Position numbers and translations under genes: made by a program | Notes under the pieces: model-generated | Databases searched by the model: none | What the model was told of the DNA's origin: nothing | Seen by the model: only the letters and a program-made list of their open reading frames with translations | From: Nymphon striatum | Taxonomy: Eukaryota | DNA: 64,000 nt | Reading direction: 5' to 3' | Assembly (NCBI GenBank): GCA_016618385.1 | Contig: JABFOP010000159.1 | Location: 438,555-502,554, forward strand | Shown here: one piece after another, positions 10,206 through 21,591 of the stretch | Layout of the letters: each line of letters starts with the position of its first letter | Numbering within the stretch: the stretch's first letter is position 1

Positions 10206-11776
10206 ATAAAAATAAAATAAAAGCTAATTGACTGATACAATTGATAATACGTGAATATAATATATCAAGTAATCAGAAAATAAAAGCATTAATTCTAGTG
10301 ATAGTTTAAACTGCAGAGTTTATGACACATGTTCTTATAAATAACTCGGTGAGCCCTGGTAGTTCATTTTTTTGAAGTTGGATCTTTCTTTTGAAAAAAT
10401 TCAGTTTTGATATTATTCTTAAAATGCTTGTTTAGAATAAAGCTTTAGATCACAATCATGTCTTGAATTTCAATTCACTTTTGAACATTGACAAAGTTGT
10501 TGAGAGTTTAAAATTTATTTTTTTCATTAGTTTAATGTTAATTTTTTTTTTGTAATTAGTCACTCATTTTAAAGAATGGTTTGGATGCATGTGAGTGTTG
10601 GGGGCATAACTTAATTGAACTTTTTCTAAGAAAAATTTGGATATGGAGTATATAACGTTCATTTATTTTAATGTGATCTGGACTCACACCAATATTTTCC
10701 TGTAAACATTTTCTATCGATATACTTTTTGTTTTTTGTATTTTTATCATTTAGAGTAGATGGTTATGCCTATTGACACTTCACATATATTATTATATCTT
10801 GTTTATGTACAATTTGGATGCAAAATATTTTCTAATTTTGTTGACTATTCTTAGCAGCTTCTTAGCTGCAGCAAGTTGACAAAATTTTGAACGAAGTTGA
10901 TAATTGCTTTCTGCAACACTTGTGATACATAATTATTCTTATTATAACAATACATATATACAACACAACATCTAATACAAGACACTATTCAAGTCCCAAT
11001 GATGTTGAGTGAAGTGAGAAATTATGAATTTGTTTAAGTTTTTTCGTTATACGTTATGTGTGTAATTTATTTTCTAAATTTTACTGATTGCTGATGATTA
11101 GCCTTATTATCAAAAGTGGAGCTGCTGATCTAACCAGAATTTTTGTAATCTTTATGAACTAAACTCCCATGTTTGTCAAAGTAACGGATTACAAATCGAT
11201 TATATTAATCATTCAAGTTACTTGAAGACATGGAGGTAAGTATGCTAAAATTCCCCCGTTTAGAGTTGATAGCTCTGCTAGAATGATTCTGTACATATGC
11301 CCTAGATTCTAAGTTTGTTTGTGTATGATCTAATGTCACCTAATCTTTGGAGACTTTGCATTATGAATATCCTGTGTGACAGATAGATTGATTTAAATGT
11401 GTTGTCTGCCCCCTTTTTTTTTTCTTTTTTTTTTTCTTCTTGGATATATATTATTTTCGTTTTCATTAATGTGTGCAAGATAATAATTGTGAAACTATAC
11501 CTTGAGGTTCCTAATATCAAGAATTCCTTCCCCAATCAGAGGAATATTTTTTCTTTTAATCTTTTTTAGAGGTCTTATTTAATAAGAATTGACGAAATCC
11601 CAAAAAATATAATGGTAACAACAACCTCCTAGAATTGAGAAAATTGCAACTGATCTGTGAATACTCATAAAATCGAATGAAAATATTTTATTTCATTATC
11701 CTTACTCTTAAAAATATTTAAATGTAAATGAAAAGTAGATGATAGCCATATTACACAGATGTAAATTATTTAGGAA

Positions 11777-11927
11777 CAGGGGTGCAAGTGTTCCGGTTTT
11801 TAAAAAATTTCAGGAGTCATTTTTCTGAATCGTGTAAATCCGTTGAGAAAACTAGGGGTACTTTCTCGGTCTCGATGAAAATAAATATTATTTTCAGGTT
11901 TTTGCTTTTTTACAACTTGCACCCCTG
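11777..11927. mobile_element. 151-bp MITE with CAGGGGTGCAAGT TIRs (hAT-like CAGGGG terminus)
   Basis: 'caggggtgcaagtg' at the left end and 'acttgcacccctg' at the right end are inverted. The direct repeat 'taggaac' flanks both sides. Confidence 0.55.
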
Positions 11928-13730
11928 TAGGAACCTCTATTATATATGTATGTATGTGTGTGTTTATATTGCATTTTCCCTGGGGAAAACACTTTTTTTT
12001 TTCTATCAAATGCCCAGAATGTATGAATTGTTTATTGGTTTTATTCAACTGGGGTGTCTTTCCCTCAAGAACAAAATAATTTTTTTCCTTGTTTCCCATT
12101 AAATTTATGTAAGTAAAGGCTGTTTGACATTGGTTAATACGCATATTTTGTAAAATTTTGATACTGTGAGAATCTATAACAAATAAACCGTATGTAAATA
12201 TATTTTTGGTAATCATATTTTTCTATTGACATATTCATTATTTTTGTTTGACAATGACAATATATTTTTATTGATGACTGTTTCAGCTTTTATTCCCGTT
12301 ATTCTTCCTTTATTTATAGACTTTAAATCATTTCCACCTTGAAGCGATTAGTACAGATTATCAAATTTGCAAAATATTCTCTTTTAGGATCTCCAACTAG
12401 CAAATTATCCCTAGACAAGAGACGTTGATAGAATTTAGTAAGATTATATTGGTAGGAGGGATTAGTTTAATTTCTGTCATTGCAGTCGATGCAAAGATAA
12501 GTACTTTCTCAGCTTTTTATGTACTTATGGAACTATTGTTTTATTCGCTGCATAAGCATGCACAGCAATACCAAATGTAGTTGACTACCTGCATGTAGTG
12601 TGCATTGGTTGTATTCTCAATTACTAATAGTAGTTTATTGTGTTGTAAATTTCAAGTTACTGCCAACAAATATAAAGCTATAATATGCCTCCTGTACGTG
12701 CCTCTGAACATGGCAGATGCAAGTCAAGTTAAATTTTATGAGTAATACTTTCTAGGCTGTTAATACCATATTTTATCTGTGCTAAAAAAAATGTGTGTTC
12801 ACAATTTTATTTGCTGCTAATAATGAATATGATTTCGTTATTTTATCACTATTTTATTTTTGTGTCTCACAAAATGTTGATTCTACTAGTCAGATTGCTG
12901 ATTCCTCCACAATCCTCTCCTTGATCAGCTGTAATTAACTCTTTGAATAAATCAATCGGTTCCTGATATATTCCTGATAAAGTCAAAATATGTTTTTTGT
13001 ATTGAATCAAACTGTGTGCGTGTAAGATGTATCTATTTCTCTCTTTAAGAATGTTATTTATTATTTTACCCTCCTCCTCCCCCCCCATTTTAATTTTGTC
13101 TCCCCTGTAAGTGTATTATTGTTAACTCCATTTACACTATTTATGATGTATGAATGAGACGCGAGATTGATTGAAAACTGATGTGTGAATTTGCTAGTAT
13201 AAATGGGATGAGTGATTTTTCCAGAATTTTTTAAAACAAAAGTTGAAAATTGGCTGATAATCCTGCTCAAATTGTTTAGTCAATGCAATAATAATTGTTT
13301 TACGAAGCTGTGTTTCTGCAAACAAAACGTAATTTCTTTTTCAAAATATTACATTTTAAAAAAATTTCTGAGTTGGAGTTGTAAAATTTTAATTCGCTGT
13401 TCATTATGAATTTGTAGACAACGAGTTTCATGAATGAAAATAAACACATAAGATTTTGTGTTATTTTCTCTGCTGGGGTTATTTTTAGTGTTTACTTGTA
13501 GAATTTTCTAATCTTTCCACTTGGACCTTTTTTGCTCTTTTGAAAAGAACAAAATCGAACAGCTGTTTCAGTAAGGGAGAGATTTTGAAAAGTCTATTTC
13601 AGATATTCATGAACACTTGACAAATCTCTACCAAGGAGCATGTTGTTGGGAAACACAAAAGTTACAAGTAAAACTAATTTATTTTATTAAAATGCCTAGG
13701 ATAGTTTATTTGGACTAATTCGGCTATTAA

Positions 13731-14234
13731 CCCTATCCAGGCCGGGCTTCTTTTTTAACCTTTTCTGGCCTGGGGGGCTCCTGGAGCCCCTCCAGGTTAT
13801 ATCCTGTTTGGATTGTTCAATGTACTTGAAATTTGATACGTAGGTAGTACTCATAACAGAATATTGAGAAAAAAAATCCATAATGACCAGCAAAATATGC
13901 TAAATTTTGACCGAAAACAGGTAAACTTCAGTCGTAGGTTAAGCATATAAAAAAAACATAATTTTACACAAGTATTTTCTTTATCAATGAGAAATATAAC
14001 ATGTGTATAAAACAAAATCTTGAAATAATTTCAGGAAAATTGTCCCGAAAAAAAATATGCAGGTAAAGGTGCGACAAAGTCCCTCTATCCGAAAAACCGC
14101 GCGAGTTATTAAAAAAATAATTCGGTCAAAATACCGTAGATGAATTCCAGAAAAGTCATAAAATTACAGCCGCCAATTTTAAGTGGTTTCAGAGTTATCG
14201 AACAAAGAGTTGGAAGGGGACTCCCTGGGTAGGG
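13731..14234. mobile_element. piggyBac-like MITE (TIR CCCTAYCCAGG, TTAA target duplication)
   Basis: Left 'TTAA|ccctatccaggccggg' (TTAA at 13727-13730) and right 'cctgggtaggg|TTAA' (14235-14238). The CCCTA terminus plus TTAA flanks are diagnostic of piggyBac. No ORF is present, so it is non-autonomous. Confidence 0.65.
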
Positions 14235-14923
14235 TTAAATGCATTTTTTGTCAGTCCATGATAAGTTTTGGACTTCTTTTATGTGTACATCTCCTTAATG
14301 TAAGGATCTTGAAGAAAAAAAATAATTTTTAATTAATGTTACATATTTTTAACCAAATTTTCCTATTGTAGCCTATTGCTTTAATTCAGGCTGTTTTGTA
14401 TTAGTTTCATACAGCTGTTTGCTTGAGACACAGCTTCTAGCCTGTGAAGGATGTAAATATAATGAGATTTTGTTGAGTGATGTTTTGAGTGTGAATTTGG
14501 CCCACAAACTGTACAGACAAACAATACAGAACACAACACAAAACACATTCACACAACATAAAAAATGTGACCAAATAGTTTGGTCAAAATAAATTTTTCA
14601 TTTATTTTATTTGAAATTAAGTAAATGACAATTGACACAATACATTAAGTGTTGTAGGCTAAGCTACTTGTAGAGTAGGTGAGAAACAAGAAATAATAAG
14701 TTCAATTTATTTATCTATGTTTTCTTCTCTGAAAATGTAAAAAATTTAGGACTCAATCATGAGCTCCTTTTGTTTTGTTTGTAATAAGTTGTAATGATTT
14801 AATTTAGATGGCATCCAAAGACATCACATGCCAATAAATATCCTGTTTTTTCTCTCATAATATTGTCTTCTTTCTGTTACTTGTCAGTTGCTCACACCTT
14901 TCTGACGTTGAGTTTGCCTATTT

Positions 14924-15528
14924 ACAAGGGTGAAAGTATTCCGGAACACACCGGATTCTCCGGTTTTTACGAGTCTTGAAGGGTCGTTTTTCCAAATTGT
15001 GTAAATCCGTTGAGATTTTTTTCAGAGAGGGGGGGAGGGGGAGAGAGAGGTATGACCCAACTCCTCAGATTTTCGATAATTAATTTCTCAAAGATACTGG
15101 ATTCAGGCTGGCTTTAGAGAGAAAATACTCCGTCCCTCTGATAGGACGTTAAATGGAGGTCCAGTGTAAAGGAGAGTCATACCCTCTGTACGTTAAAGAA
15201 CACACTTCACTATTCGAATAAAAGAGTAAAGTAATCCCGGTGAAGTGTAGCACCTGCGAGGAACACGCGGAACACCTATTCTTGACTTTTTTAAGGACCC
15301 ATACGAACCCTGAATTCCTACAAAATATGAATTACTAAGGATGTTAAGGTTATTTATAAAATGAAAACCTTAATTGCACTAACTCACAAATGGTTTTTTT
15401 GTGAGTTTAGTGCAATAAAGGTTAAAAAAAAAAATTATGAAAACACTCCCGTTTGAAGGTCCAGAGAAGATTGAAAGTTCTGAAAAAAATTTTTTCAGGT
15501 TTTTCAAAATTTTCAACTTTCACCCATG
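14924..15528. mobile_element. MITE (TIR CAAGGGTGAAAGT / ACTTTCACCCATG) related to the 11777 MITE, interrupted by a SINE
   Basis: The termini are inverted. Internal 'tccggtttttacgagtc...tgtgtaaatccgttgag' is homologous to 11795-11860. A 5'-truncated SINE sits at 15106-15432. Confidence 0.5.
15106..15432 (+). mobile_element. 5'-truncated SINE copy with poly(A) end
   Basis: Starts inside the conserved core 'ggctggctttagagagaaaatactccgtccctc'. Ends 'gtgagtttagtgcaataaaggttaaaaaaaaaaa'. Confidence 0.5.
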
Positions 15529-16169
15529 TATTTTAAAGTTCAATGGTTTATCAGGTGAATTTTATGTAAATACAATATTGAAATATGATTTGATGGCTTG
15601 TTTACTTCTACCAATGTAGCCAATGGCATTATTCACCATGTTTTTGTTTTATTCAGGACCCAATGCTTATTATTACACACAGTTCGCAAGCTGTAACAAT
15701 GAAGAGGCTTCAGAATTATGATCATCATCATGATTCTGTCTCTTTTTTTCTACTCTGGGCTAAATTCTTTTTCAGTTGTGAGGGGAGATCGTTTTTTACC
15801 CTAACAACATTCAAGTTAGTTCAACTTTTGAATGGCGAAAACAGCTTTTTTGTTCAGTATCAAATGGAATCAATTTTAAAAGCTATCTGTCAGTTGTGTG
15901 ATAAACAGAATATGAAATTCTTGACTGTTGGATATGATACATATGAAACTCATTCCATATCCTCTATATATACAGGGTGCGGTGTATACAATTACCGATT
16001 GATTTTTTAAAATTATTCACCTAGGATAAGAAAATGAAATTTGGTACACAGATTCAAATATATATTGCTAATGTATTACAGCAATCAGATTTCAAATTTA
16101 CCTCCTTTTGCCGTAACCATAACCGCCAAACGACTGGTGACTGAGTGGCATGAAATACGCACTACTTCA

Positions 16170-16466
16170 TCATGAAGCAAGAAGGGCTTCTTTCAAAGCA
16201 GCGACACTTGAGTAGGATTTAGCCAAGATATCACTTTTTAAGATGGACCAGATAGAAAAGTCCATTGGACTGATGTCTGGACTTGAGGAAGGCCACATGT
16301 TCTTGTCCCAAAATCCGCTGAAATGATCTTTGCACCGCTTTTGGTCAAATTCGATGTGTGGGATGGAGCACCGTAGAGTGAAGACGTAATGCTCTCTAAA
16401 CCTTTCAGTGATCCAGGGTAACACTTTTTCATGCAACATTTTGACGTCCACGGATGAACCCTTCAC
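16170..16466 (-). pseudogene. Tc1/mariner transposase C-terminal remnant
   Basis: '...KNMWPSSSPDISPMDFSIWSILKSDILAKSY...' is the Tc1/mariner 'SPDLNPIE..W' catalytic-domain tail. No upstream DDE N-terminal part is present. An adjacent local inverted duplication lies at 16335-16500. Confidence 0.5.
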
Positions 16467-16772
16467 TCAAGGCGGTGCTCCATCCCACACATCGAATTTG
16501 GGAGGGGTTTAAACAATATGTGTGCAAAGTGCTAATGAAGATGACACAGATAGTATATATATATTGATAGGCACCCGAAGTCCAGGATAGAAAAACACAT
16601 AGTTGGGTAAGACATATGTCCAAATTATATAAAAACTTGAACGTTATTTGTGTAAAATGCCATCCTAGACGGTTGAGAATGTATGTCGAATGGCACCGGA
16701 AGTCCAGTATAGAAAGACAAATATTTGTGCAATGAGCTAGACAAGCGGAATCTTTTCTATCTTTTCTAAAAA

Positions 16773-17172
16773 GCACGGGTGGCTGAGTAGTATAAGATTT
16801 TGGGCTTGATTGACTCAGGTTCGAATCTCATTCGAACCCTTAACTCATCACCATTTACGTTTTATATCTTCGTGCTTTACTCTCTGAAATCAGATGTATG
16901 GTGGTTTTAAAGAGTAAATTTTCGGACGTTAATGTAAATCACGTGTCGCACCCACTGCATGTTAAAGATCACGCTCCACTATTCGAGGAAAAAAAAGAAG
17001 TAGGGTAGATGGTGGTCTAGTCCAGGTAGATGGTGGTAATATGGAGCACCTGCAAGGTACGCAAATTATCTTGGCTGCAGCGTAAGAAACAGAATTTACT
17101 TGCCATAGCGTGAAGTTCTAACAGATAAGCACTGCTTTCAGTCAAAAGACACTGCCTCTATCCTAAAAACCT
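16773..17172 (+). mobile_element. SINE copy (tRNA-like head, core, alternative tail)
   Basis: 'gcacgggtggctgagtagtataagattttgggcttgattgactcaggttcgaatc' head, then core '...gcatgttaaagatcacgctccactattcgag', then tail 'gccatagcgtgaagttctaacagataagcactgc'. Confidence 0.55.
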
Positions 17173-17174
17173 AC

Positions 17175-20115
17175 TAGTAGTCCAGTAAATCTAGCGATAA
17201 TTAGGGCTGAACCTAGAACAAATTGCAATAGAAGGTTTTTTTGCTTTAACTTGTTTATTAGGTCCCTCTGATGAACATATAAAAAGTCTCCAACTTTTGG
17301 ACACCGGGAAATGGCTTAATTTGCATAAATTCAAGATGGCAGCCGTCCAAAGCTTCAATTTACAGATAACTTTTTTCTGGTTGCTCCTAGACCCTATAAA
17401 TGTATTACAATCAACGTTTTTTGGCTTTAACTTGTTCATTAGGTCCCTCTGATGAATATATAAAAAGTCTCCAACTTTTGGACACCGGGAAAGGGCTTAA
17501 TTTGCATAAATTCAAGATGGCCGTCGTCGAAAGCTTCAATTTACAGATAACTTTTTTTGCTCCTAGACCCTATAAATGTATTACAAACAACGTTTTTTGG
17601 CTTTAACTTGTTTATTAGGTCCGTCTGATGAACATATAAAAAGTCTCCAACTTTTGAACACCGGGAAAGGGCTTAATTTGCATAAATTCAAGATGGCAGC
17701 CGTCCAAGCTTCAATTTACAGATAACTTTTTTCTGGTTGCTCCTAAGACCCTATAAATGTATTACAAACAACGTTTTTTGGCTTAAACTTGTTCATTAGG
17801 TCCCTCTGATGAACATATAAAAAGTCTCCAACTTTTGGACACCGGGAAAAGGCTTAATATGCATAAATTCAAGATGGCCGCCGTCGAAAGCTTCAATTTA
17901 CAGATAACTTTTTTCTGGTTGCTCCTAGACCCTATAAATGTATTACAAACAACGTTGTTTGGCTTTAACTTGTTCATTAGGTTCCTGTGCTTAACATATA
18001 AAAAGTTTCCAATCTAATTCCAAAATTTGGGCGAGTTATAGCCATTCTTATATAATGTACCAAAAATAATTTTTTCGTTTGAATCTAATTTGTCGTTCGA
18101 TTAAAAAGTCGATTGTGAGTCGCCTATTGATCGTAATCGAATTTACATTGTAGGCAGGTTATAGAGCTTGAAGTAAGGAAGACAACTATGTGCGTCTTGA
18201 AACGCTATTCTAAAATGTTGGCCCGTTATAGCCATTCTTAGATCATGTACCAAAATGAAGGTTTTCGCTTAAATTTCATTAGTCATTTGATTAAAAAGTC
18301 GATTGTGAGTCGCCTATTGATTAGTAATTGAATTTGGATTGTGGGCAGGTTATAGAGCTTGAAGTAAGGAAGACAACAGTGTGTGTCTTGAAATCAAATT
18401 TCAAAATTTGGGCGAGTTATAGCCATTCTTATATCATGTACCAAAAATTAATTTTTTGTTTGAATCTAATTTGTCATTCGATTAAAATGTCGATTGTGAG
18501 TCGCCTATTGATCGTAATCGAATTTAAATTTGACGTATGTTATAGAGCTTGAAGTAAGGAAGACAACTATGTGCGTCTTGAAACGCTATTCTAAAATGTT
18601 GGCCCGTTATAGCCATTCTTAGATCATGTACCAAAATGAAGCGTTTTCGCTTAAATTTCATTAGTCATTTGATTAAAAAGTCGATTGTGAGTCGCCTATT
18701 GATCGTAATTGAATTTGGATTGTGGGCAGGTTATAGAGCTTGTAGTAAGGAAGACAACAATGTGTGTCCTGAAATAAAATTCCAAAATTTGGGCAAGTTG
18801 TAGCCATTCTTATATCATGTACCAAAAATAAAGTTTTTGTTAGAATCTAATTTGTCATTCGATTAAAAAGTCGATTGTGAGTCGCCTATTGATCGTAATC
18901 CAATTTGCATTGTAGGCAGGTTATAGAGCTTGAAGTAAGGAAGACAACTATGTGCTTCTGGAAACGCTACTCCAAAATGTTGGCGCGTTATAGCCATTCT
19001 TATATCATGTACCAAAAATATTTTTTTGTTTGAATCTAATTTGTCATTCGATTAAAAAGTCGATTGCGAGTCGCCTATTGATCGTAATCGAAATTGCATT
19101 GTGGGCAGGTTATAGGGCTTGAAGTAAGGAAGACAACTATGTGCGTCTTGAAACGCTATTCTAAAATGTTGGCGCGTTATAGCCATTCTTATATCATGTA
19201 CCAAAATGAAGGTTTTCGATTGAATTTCATTTGTAATTCGATTCAAAAGTCGATTGTGAGTTGCATATTAATCGTAATCGAAATTGGATTGTGGTCAGGT
19301 TATAGAGCTTGAAGTAAGGAAGACAACAATGTGTATCTTGAAATCAAATTCCAAAATTTTGGCGAGTTATAGCCATTCTTAGATCATGTACCAAAAATAA
19401 TTTTATTTTTTGAATCTAATTTGTCATTCGATTAAAAAGTCGATTGTGAGTCGCCTATTGATCGTAATTCCAATTTGCATTGTAGGCAGGTTATAGAGCT
19501 TGAAATAAGGAAGACAACTATGTGCTTCTGGAAACGCTACTCCAAAATGTTGGCGCGTTATAGCCATTCTTAGATCATGTACCAAAATGAAGATTTTTGC
19601 TTAAATTTCATTAGTAATTCGATTAAAAAGTCGATTGTGAGTCGCCTATGGATCGTAATTGAATTTGGATTGTGGGCAAGTTATAGAGCTTGAAGTAAGG
19701 GAAACAACAATGTGTGTCTTGAAATCAAATTCCAAAATTTGGGCGAGTTATAGCCATTCTTAGATCATGAAATTGAAGCTTCGGACGGCGGCCATCTTGA
19801 ATTTATGCAAATTAACCACTTTCCCGGTGTCGAAAAGTTGGTGACTTTTTATATGTTCATCAGAGGGACCTAATGAACAAGTTTACGTTGTTTGTAATAC
19901 ATTTATAGGGTCTAGGAGCAACCAGAAAAAAGTTATCTGTAAATTGAAGCTTTGGACGGCTGCCATCTTGAATTTATGCAAATTAAGCCCTTTCCCGGTG
20001 TCCAAAAGTTGGAGACTTTTTATATGTTCATCAGAGGGACCTAATAAACAAGTTTAAGCCAAAAAACCTTCTATTGCAATTTGTTCTAGGTCAAACCCTA
20101 CTTTTACTGGACTAT
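17175..20115. mobile_element. 2.9-kb composite non-autonomous element: long TIRs built from about 180-bp tandem subrepeats, enclosing an internal satellite array
   Basis: Left end 'agtccagtaaatctagcgataattagggctgaacctagaacaaattgcaatagaagg' equals the reverse complement of right end 20050-20113. There are 4.5 subrepeat units (+) at 17216-18000 and 1.5 units (-) at 19769-20075. The satellite lies at 18020-19768. Confidence 0.5.
18020..19768. repeat. Satellite array of about 185-bp monomers in alternating A/B variants (about 370-bp higher-order unit), roughly 9.5 monomers
   Basis: Recurring 'ttatagccattcttagatcatgtaccaaaa...gattaaaaagtcgattgtgagtcgcctattgatcgtaatcgaatt...ggttatagagcttgaagtaaggaagacaac'. 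The same satellite occurs at 57835-58702 and 63395-63700. Confidence 0.75.
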
Positions 20116-20908
20116 AGCCATATGGAAAATAATGGCTGAACTCCAAAATAATTTATACAAAAAGTTTTTTGGTTTTAAGTCTATCAGTGGATCATAAATT
20201 AGTCCAAAAGAGAAGTCTCCCAAAATTTGACCCCGGGAATGTGGTGGGAATTTGCATAAGTTCAAGATGGCGCCCTCCTAAAATGTCAATATACTACAAA
20301 CTTTTCACTGGCTCAATTTAGATCCTATAAATGTATTATCGAGGATCATTTAAAGTTTTGTTAACCTGAAGCCAAGCCAAGTTTGCTCAAAGGATATGAA
20401 AGCTTCTAGCCAGGACCATATTTAGGTCTTGTGCTTAAAAGGATTGGGTGTAAAAAATAAAATTTCCAAACCCATAGTACATATATCAAACAACAATTCC
20501 TGATACGCCATCATTTAATATCATCCTCGGCTCGAATCGATACGGTTAATAACTTCCATAATTATTAAAAGTATCCTCTCTCCACAAATCTATATAAGCG
20601 AGAGCAATCTGTTGGGGAAATGACGACATGACTGACGTGTCTGTCCACAATGGCAGCTCCAACGTAGTTGATACGTTTAAAAATATTAAATGAAGTAGAA
20701 AAAAAAATGTTAAAATCACGAATTGTTGTTTGATAATGTATAGGGTCCAATACCCATCCACCCTCTGCTGTGTTGAGGAAAAGTTCTCTCTCTCTCCCGC
20801 TGCATAATAGCATGCGACGTCATGTTCTGTGAGAAATTTTCCTCAACATAGCAGGGGCTGTACTATGGATTGGGAAATTATTTGTTTACTCTTATTGAGT
20901 GGATTATC

Positions 20909-21324
20909 AAGTCAAGTCAAGTTATATATATCAAGTCAAGTTATTGAGAGTCTTATCAAGTGCCCAACACAGTATGGAAAGGAAGATCCTAGGTGTGAGC
21001 TGGAGGGATAGAAAGACTAACAGTTGGGTGAGGACACACACAGGGTGTAAAGATTTGACCCAGACAGTGAAGTGTAGTAAGTGGAACTGGGCCGGACACT
21101 TGTCCCGTAGAACAAACGATAGGTGGACCACTAAATCCACAATGTGGATAACAGATAGGGGAGGAAGAAAACGGGGTAAACCGAAGAGAAGGTGGGTGGA
21201 TGATATAGCTAAGTTTGATAGGGATTGGGTGGAAAGAGCTGCCGATAGAGAGGACTGGAGATCTAGACGGGAGGCCTTTGCTCAGCAGTGGGCCAATATG
21301 GGCTGATGATGATGATGATGATGA
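20909..21324 (+). mobile_element. 5'-truncated RTE-clade LINE 3' fragment with (GAT)n tail and 14-bp target-site duplication
   Basis: ORF tail '...SMERKILGVSWRDRKTNSWVR...RGGRKRGKPKRRWVDDIAKFDRDWVERAADREDWRSRREAFAQQWANMG' is the conserved RTE ORF2 C-terminus. It ends in 'tgatgatgatgatgatgat'. The direct repeat 'ttgagtggattatc' lies at 20895-20908 and 21325-21338. Confidence 0.65.
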
Positions 21325-21540
21325 TTGAGTGGATTATCCCTTTAAGTGAAAGAAAAGCCTAATGTGGTTTTCTGATCTTGAAAAACGTGCAAAATTACTT
21401 GAAGATATGTTTAGAAATATTTTGTGTCTGCAATCAGTGAAATTTGAGAGCACTTCCAAAATTAAAAGTTAAAGAGAGAACTACTGACTGACTGGCTGAA
21501 ATAAATTAGCATTAAGTTGGCATACGGAGCTCCTCACTCT

Positions 21541-21547
21541 TATAAAT
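21541..21547 (+). promoter_or_regulatory. TATA box (TATAAAT) about 45 bp upstream of the TRIM-NHL ATG
   Basis: 'cactcttataaatcgctg' is positioned appropriately for a short 5'UTR. Confidence 0.3.
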
Positions 21548-21591
21548 CGCTGTCTTCTTTCTCCTTTTCATTCCCAAGCAAAGTACTGAAA

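Noticed and set aside
17191-19312. ORFs 17191-17439, 17400-17606, 17783-17977, 18328-18552 and 19094-19312, plus 58142-58327 and 58666-58962
   Set aside because: They lie entirely inside tandem subrepeats or satellite monomers and recur with each monomer. They are artefacts of repeat periodicity.
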